Shown: positions 58,044-64,000 of the stretch, piece by piece | Position numbering within the stretch: the stretch's first letter is position 1 | Layout of the letters: the number at the start of each line of letters is the position of its first letter | Source of the DNA: the human T2T-CHM13v2.0 reference genome, Homo sapiens | NCBI RefSeq assembly: GCF_009914755.1 | Contig: NC_060932.1 | Direction: 5' to 3' (one strand) | Length of the DNA stretch: 64,000 nt | The notes under the pieces: generated by a model | What the model was told of the DNA's origin: nothing | The model's database searches: none | The model's input: only the letters and a program-made list of their open reading frames with translations | Translations under genes and position numbers: made by a program

Positions 58044-59029
58044 TGATCATTGGGGCACCAAGTAAAATGAAATAGAACAACTTGAATGAAGAGACTGAAT
58101 TTCAAATAAGTTGAAATTCCCTTTTGCATCCAGGCAGCCCACACTCTGATTTAAAATCATCTCTGGTAGATGAGGCGCCAACTCTAGGACATCTAGCTGT
58201 GATTGCTCCCTTGGCAGTACGCCCTGTGGCCTAATGACCATTTCAGCCATTAGGAAATTGCAGGCATCCCTGAAGTCATGATTTCAGGCCTTGGTCATTA
58301 AAAGAAAATGAAGCAGCAGCAGATCTTTTCTTTCCTCTTTCCATGGGTACCACCCAGCTCAGGCTTCGGATATCTCAAGCTACTAAAATATACTATTCCT
58401 CATCTTCAATTTTTTCACTCCAACTGGTTCAATAAATAGTTACTATAATAATTTTCTGGAAACAGTTATCATAGAATTCCCTTAACTGGGAACCTAAAGT
58501 AACTCTCTAATGAGTATCTTATCAAAGGCTAGACATTTGTCCTGACTCTATATTTAATCCTACTGACAGACCCAGGAATCCATATCACTACTATTATTTG
58601 TTCTCCCTCATCTAAACACTCTGCCTCGGTGATGCACAGATAGAATTTCTGATATAATCTGTTTGTTCCCCACTGTGCCTCAGACCTGGCTATTCTTCCT
58701 CTCAGAAATGTGCACCCAGCTGCAAGTCTCTGCCAGCCCATGCACTGCCTCAAGTTCAGAGCCCAGGTCCAAATTCATCTGCTTTTAGAAAACTTCCACA
58801 ACCAAGTCTAACCCTACCTTATGAGCTTGCTTAAACTATATTTCATAATGCTCTTCAAATGTTGCTTTGGGAAGGTTTTTAGAAAATGTGTGTGTGTTTG
58901 TGTATGTGTGTGTACATGTGTGCATAAACAGATACTTCATGTCTCTGGGTGTTTTGCTTTTCCTCTCAGTGTTCAATTAATTATATTTTATTCATACCCC
59001 AGCAGAATATTTCTCTAGCTAAGAAGTCT

Positions 59030-59190
59030 GGCTCTGGAAATAAACATGGAATTTTACTAGCTTTGTGGTTTTGAGAAAGACCCTCACTGGCTCTAAGCCT
59101 TAGTTTCCTCCTCAAGAGGCTCATGAGATGGTTGGGAGGATTCAGTGAGACAGTCCATATGCAGTGCTCAGCACAATGCTTCCCATCCAC
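59030..59190 (+). mobile_element. MIR
   Basis: ctctaagccttagtttcctc...gggaggattcagtgaga...gtgctcagcaca. Confidence 0.65.
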
Positions 59191-59521
59191 TGAAGACGTG
59201 AGCTGAAGTCACTATTGCGTTTACTACTGTTTCCTGGTTGTCTGGGTGGCTGACCTCCTCTCTAGAGTATGAGTACAGTACTTCCTCAGTGCCACTAACA
59301 GCTCATCATCTTCCAGTAGTGCCTTTGAAACAAGAACACAGGAAATGCTGTGTTTCCATGATTATTTTTATTATTCTATTTCACGCCAGACTCAGAGGGC
59401 ACAAATCAAAACCCCATTTTAGTCCTTTTTACTTCAGTGACTCAAGACTTGCAAAGGTGGGAATATGTGTAGTTTTTAAGAGCCCACTCATTTGAAAATA
59501 AAATTGAATATTTAAAAATTC

Positions 59522-59813
59522 AGGGTGCAGTGGCTCACGCCTATAATCCCAGCACTTTGGGAGGCCGAGGCAGGCGGATCACGAAGTCAGGAGTTCGAGA
59601 CCAGACTGACCAACGTGATGAGACCCCGTCTCTACTAAAAATACAAAAATTAGCTGGGCATGGTAGCATGTGCCTGTAATCCCAGCTACTCAGGAGGCTG
59701 AGGCAGGAGAATCGCTTGAACCCCGGAGGCGGAGGTTGCAGTGAGCCGAGATCGCGCTACTGCACCCCAGCCTGGATGACAGAACGAGACTCTGTTTCAA
59801 AAAAAAAGAAAAA
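59522..59813 (+). mobile_element. AluS (Sg-like)
   Basis: ggatcacgaagtcaggagttcgagacc; both arms and A tail. Confidence 0.95.
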
Positions 59814-60659
59814 TGCAAACAGTACCTATATATACACCGTTCACAGTGTAAACTTCCCAAAATAGAGCTCAGTAAACTCTTTTTAATGAGGATACAGAGA
59901 AGATAAAGTCTATTTCAGTGTATTACAATCTCCAGGGATTGAGTGCATGTTTTATATTTATAAAAAAGGCGCACAAGTTTATTTTTTAGGTTCAGAAACA
60001 CTACTTTAATGGGTGTTGGGAAAATGACCTCGAGCTACTAGAACAGCCCCAGGGAAAGGGAAACAGGCTGTGGGGGAGTGAGAGAGTGGATAGATTTGTG
60101 CCGCCTGCTGCAAATTCCATTCTCTCAATAACCACAATAAATTGCTCCATCAGCTCCTGCTGTGAAGTAGAGGAAAGGAGAGCATCTTTTTCCTGTAAGA
60201 TAGATTTTCAGCCTCTCTGTTTACTTTGCAAGATTGGTTTGTTTCATACAATTCTTCGTTCACTTCTTATTGCTGATTTTTCAGGTAATTTCTTTTACTG
60301 GAATTATCAAAATGTAGACTATATCAGATGGAATGAGCCTCAGGGAATCACTACACCCATATGGAATATATATGGTATAGATGTTATGCCAGTGTGTCTG
60401 TCTACATTCAATTTTTCAGTTGTACCAGTTAATCAAATTCAATTTTCTACCTGTATCAATTGATAATCAAATGCCACTGATGCCATCAGTCATGCTCCAA
60501 TGCACCCAGCACAATTGCCTAGTGCTTGGCTGAGAAAATAAATCTCTGTGAATGTCAGAGGTTCTGTTCTCCCATGATGTTTAGCTTAGTCTCATCATGA
60601 TTAGGCACAAAATACCTCCATAAAATAAAACAGATATTATTAAGGACTAACAAGATTAG

Positions 60660-60965
<306 letters not shown>

Positions 60966-61806
60966 TCCTCTTGTCTTCACAGCAATAATCAAGAGGCACA
61001 TATTACATCCAGCTTAGAAGGAACTGGCTCAGATGGGTTAAAAAAAACTTATTAAAGTTTGTCTGACTCTAAAACTAGCGTTTAATCCTTCTTGTCAATA
61101 TTTGGTCATCCTTAGAGTTTCCTGGATTTTCTGTGATTAACCAGGGGTAGAACACACAAGTCCACTCCTGTTCCAATTACAACAAGGTCTTGCTTTCTTA
61201 AATTCAGGCCACTGAATTAGAGGTTTTGCCCTATAAGTTTTTGATTAGGAGACTCCGAAGTATGGGGAGTTACGGAGGTTTTGTTTTAGTAGTTAGATGA
61301 ATTTTTAAAAAGTTAAGTTAGTGAAAAACTCAAGCAGATTATGTGGACTCATGTTTATAACATATACACACACATTGTTTGATACAACACATACACACAC
61401 TATTCTTCACTTATTTTGTAATCATGAAGGCTCATTAATCCCCGTTTTTGTCATAGGGAGGTACCAATTGAATATAAGTGGTGTACACGGTATGTTCTCA
61501 GAACCATTCTTGACACCAGAGAACAAGAGAATAGTTTTGCTTTCAAGGATCTTAGACTCCAGTTGGGAAAATAGGATGCTCATTTATGAAGGTAGAGCAC
61601 AATTAAAATCATGTTCATGGCCTAAAATTTCATAGTCGTTAAATAGAACAAAATGATTTCTAAAGTCACTCAGCTACGAAATTCGAGAATTTGAATATAT
61701 TCAAAACTCCATGTCAAGGGCCTAAGGAATATGAATGTAGGATTACATTGTAAGAATCAACTCTGAGACATCCTTAAGAAATAATGGTGGCACACTGAAT
61801 CATTAA

Positions 61807-62416
<610 letters not shown>

Positions 62417-63439
62417 TCATTAATCAGTAATTATATAGACGAAATAAATTAGTGACCCACAGCTTGGTATGGAGAAATGTGAGGACTGGCCCTCTTGCCA
62501 TGTCTTTTCTTCACTGGTTAGGCCTTGCTTGTGATTTAAGGTAGGACATGCACATGGGGAAGGAAGAAGCCAAGAGGGAAAGTCCCGTCCATTATGGGCA
62601 GTTTCCTCATTTAAAATCTTTAATCCCACCTGTTCCTGAGCCACATCCATTTCCCCCAGAAGCCATTTCACTGACACATTTTCCAGCATCCAGGAATATT
62701 CAAGGTCTCCCAAAGCTCGAGGTTGAAGCTTTTGGGGCCTGCATCCAAAGACAGCTTAGCCAAAGAACTCTTGCTTTAGCCAATGAGTGTTAAGTGTCAC
62801 AGGAAGTATGAAGATTTCAAGGAGAAAGACACAGGCTGTTTCGGGTGAGTAGAATCACATAAGAAACAAATCACAGGTGTGTTGTTGTGCAGTTTTACAT
62901 TTACAAATAATCGAAAGCTAATCATTCAAGCCCTAAGCCTTTAACAACTGCTGACAAATCTTTCTAAAAATTATTTCACAATTGGACTTTTCTTGCTGTC
63001 TCAGTGTGATCATTGTGTGTCATTATCTATATGGTATAGTCTCAAATATCAATGTCCTTAAATGTCATTGCCCCATATTGGTCTTTTTGGCCCTTAACTG
63101 AAAGTACCCATTCTGTAAAGCAATTCTGGTTAGCACTTTCACCCATGTGCCTTTGAGACAGAATCTGCACTTTCATCACTGCATCTGCTTCTTGTCAGTC
63201 ACCTTTATTAGGTTTCCTAACTCTTTGTCAGAGTGCAGCTTTTGGAGGCAAAGATGCCTAAGTTCAAAGTCTGGTTTACTCACTAGCAGCTGTGATGACC
63301 ATGGACAAGACATTTCGTCTCTCCATTCCTCAGTTTCCTTATCTGTAAACAATGGAGAAATAAATACACAAAGATGACAACAGCACCTTCCGGTATCAAA
63401 TAGGAATGCTTGCAACTGCAATCTAGAGTAAGCACAGTA

Positions 63440-63903
63440 ACAGTCATTTATATTATAAGTACATTTATTATTCTCAAAAAGAAGTCAGAGGCAACAATCT
63501 CAAGGTTCTTCTACAGCTTAATGCTGTCATCAAAGATCCCAGGTCTGTCTTTCAGATGTGCCTTCTGGCTCTTCACCAGATGGCCCACAGTCAGGAAGAA
63601 AAAGGGAGAACCAACAAGCTCTCCTCTCATGTCTGATCCTGAAGATGCAAATGTTTTCCCAGAGTCCCTGCTTCCCAGCATACTTCCCCTTGCATCTCAC
63701 TGGCCAGAATTCAAGTCACATGGTCATTGCTGGCCACTGGGAAGGCTAGGAAACAAGTGTCCAGCAGAGAGGAGTAAGGTTATCAGGGTATTCTCAGTCC
63801 AACACTGAGTGGTACATTGGGTGTATTGCAAACTGAACAGTGGCAGAGTCATGTTAGTAAGAGGAGAGTACTATTTGGGGAGGCAATGGACAGTGTAGCC
63901 ACA
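63440..63903 (-). mobile_element. MLT1-type LTR fragment
   Basis: gcatctcactggccagaattcaagtcacatgg...gggaaggctaggaaa. Confidence 0.6.
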
Positions 63904-64000
63904 TGACCCCCAAAGTACCTGTGAAGGTAAAATGGCTTATCTATGGAAAATGCTTAAATTAGACCCTGGAACAGAGCAATACATGTAGAAATCATCACCA

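Noticed and set aside
60086-60463. 125-aa ORF downstream of the last exon as a possible next NECAB1 exon
   Set aside because: It does not encode the expected continuation (ISIQKLSNES...); that exon is not visible in the window.

Overview
AT-rich, repeat-dense primate (human-like; it carries AluY) genomic DNA lying entirely inside one + strand gene, NECAB1 (N-terminal EF-hand calcium-binding protein 1). Five consecutive internal coding exons (34368-34504, 42438-42559, 45135-45211, 51221-51274, 57703-57815) splice into one open frame, [10 protein letters not shown]...SASSQSGCLR, covering the central region and the start of the ABM domain. The start and stop codons lie outside the window. The rest is intron: Alu, old L1, L2/MIR, MaLR/ERVL LTRs, DNA-transposon fossils and microsatellites. 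The supplied ORFs are repeat-derived or chance. Best second-look items: (1) an L1-processed HERV-I/LTR10 retrocopy (env tail, PPT, U3-R, A tail, TSD) carrying a 28-bp AP-1 tandem array and a nested AluY; (2) a weak GC-AG intron with 7-nt direct repeats at both junctions; (3) a 121-bp fold-back insertion that preserves an inverted copy of its own pre-insertion site; (4) a 283-bp local non-tandem duplication; (5) an Alu/MLT1 microhomology deletion scar; (6) a candidate poison exon. I see no new protein-coding system. Repeat subfamily names come from remembered consensus sequences, and boundaries of old repeats are approximate.
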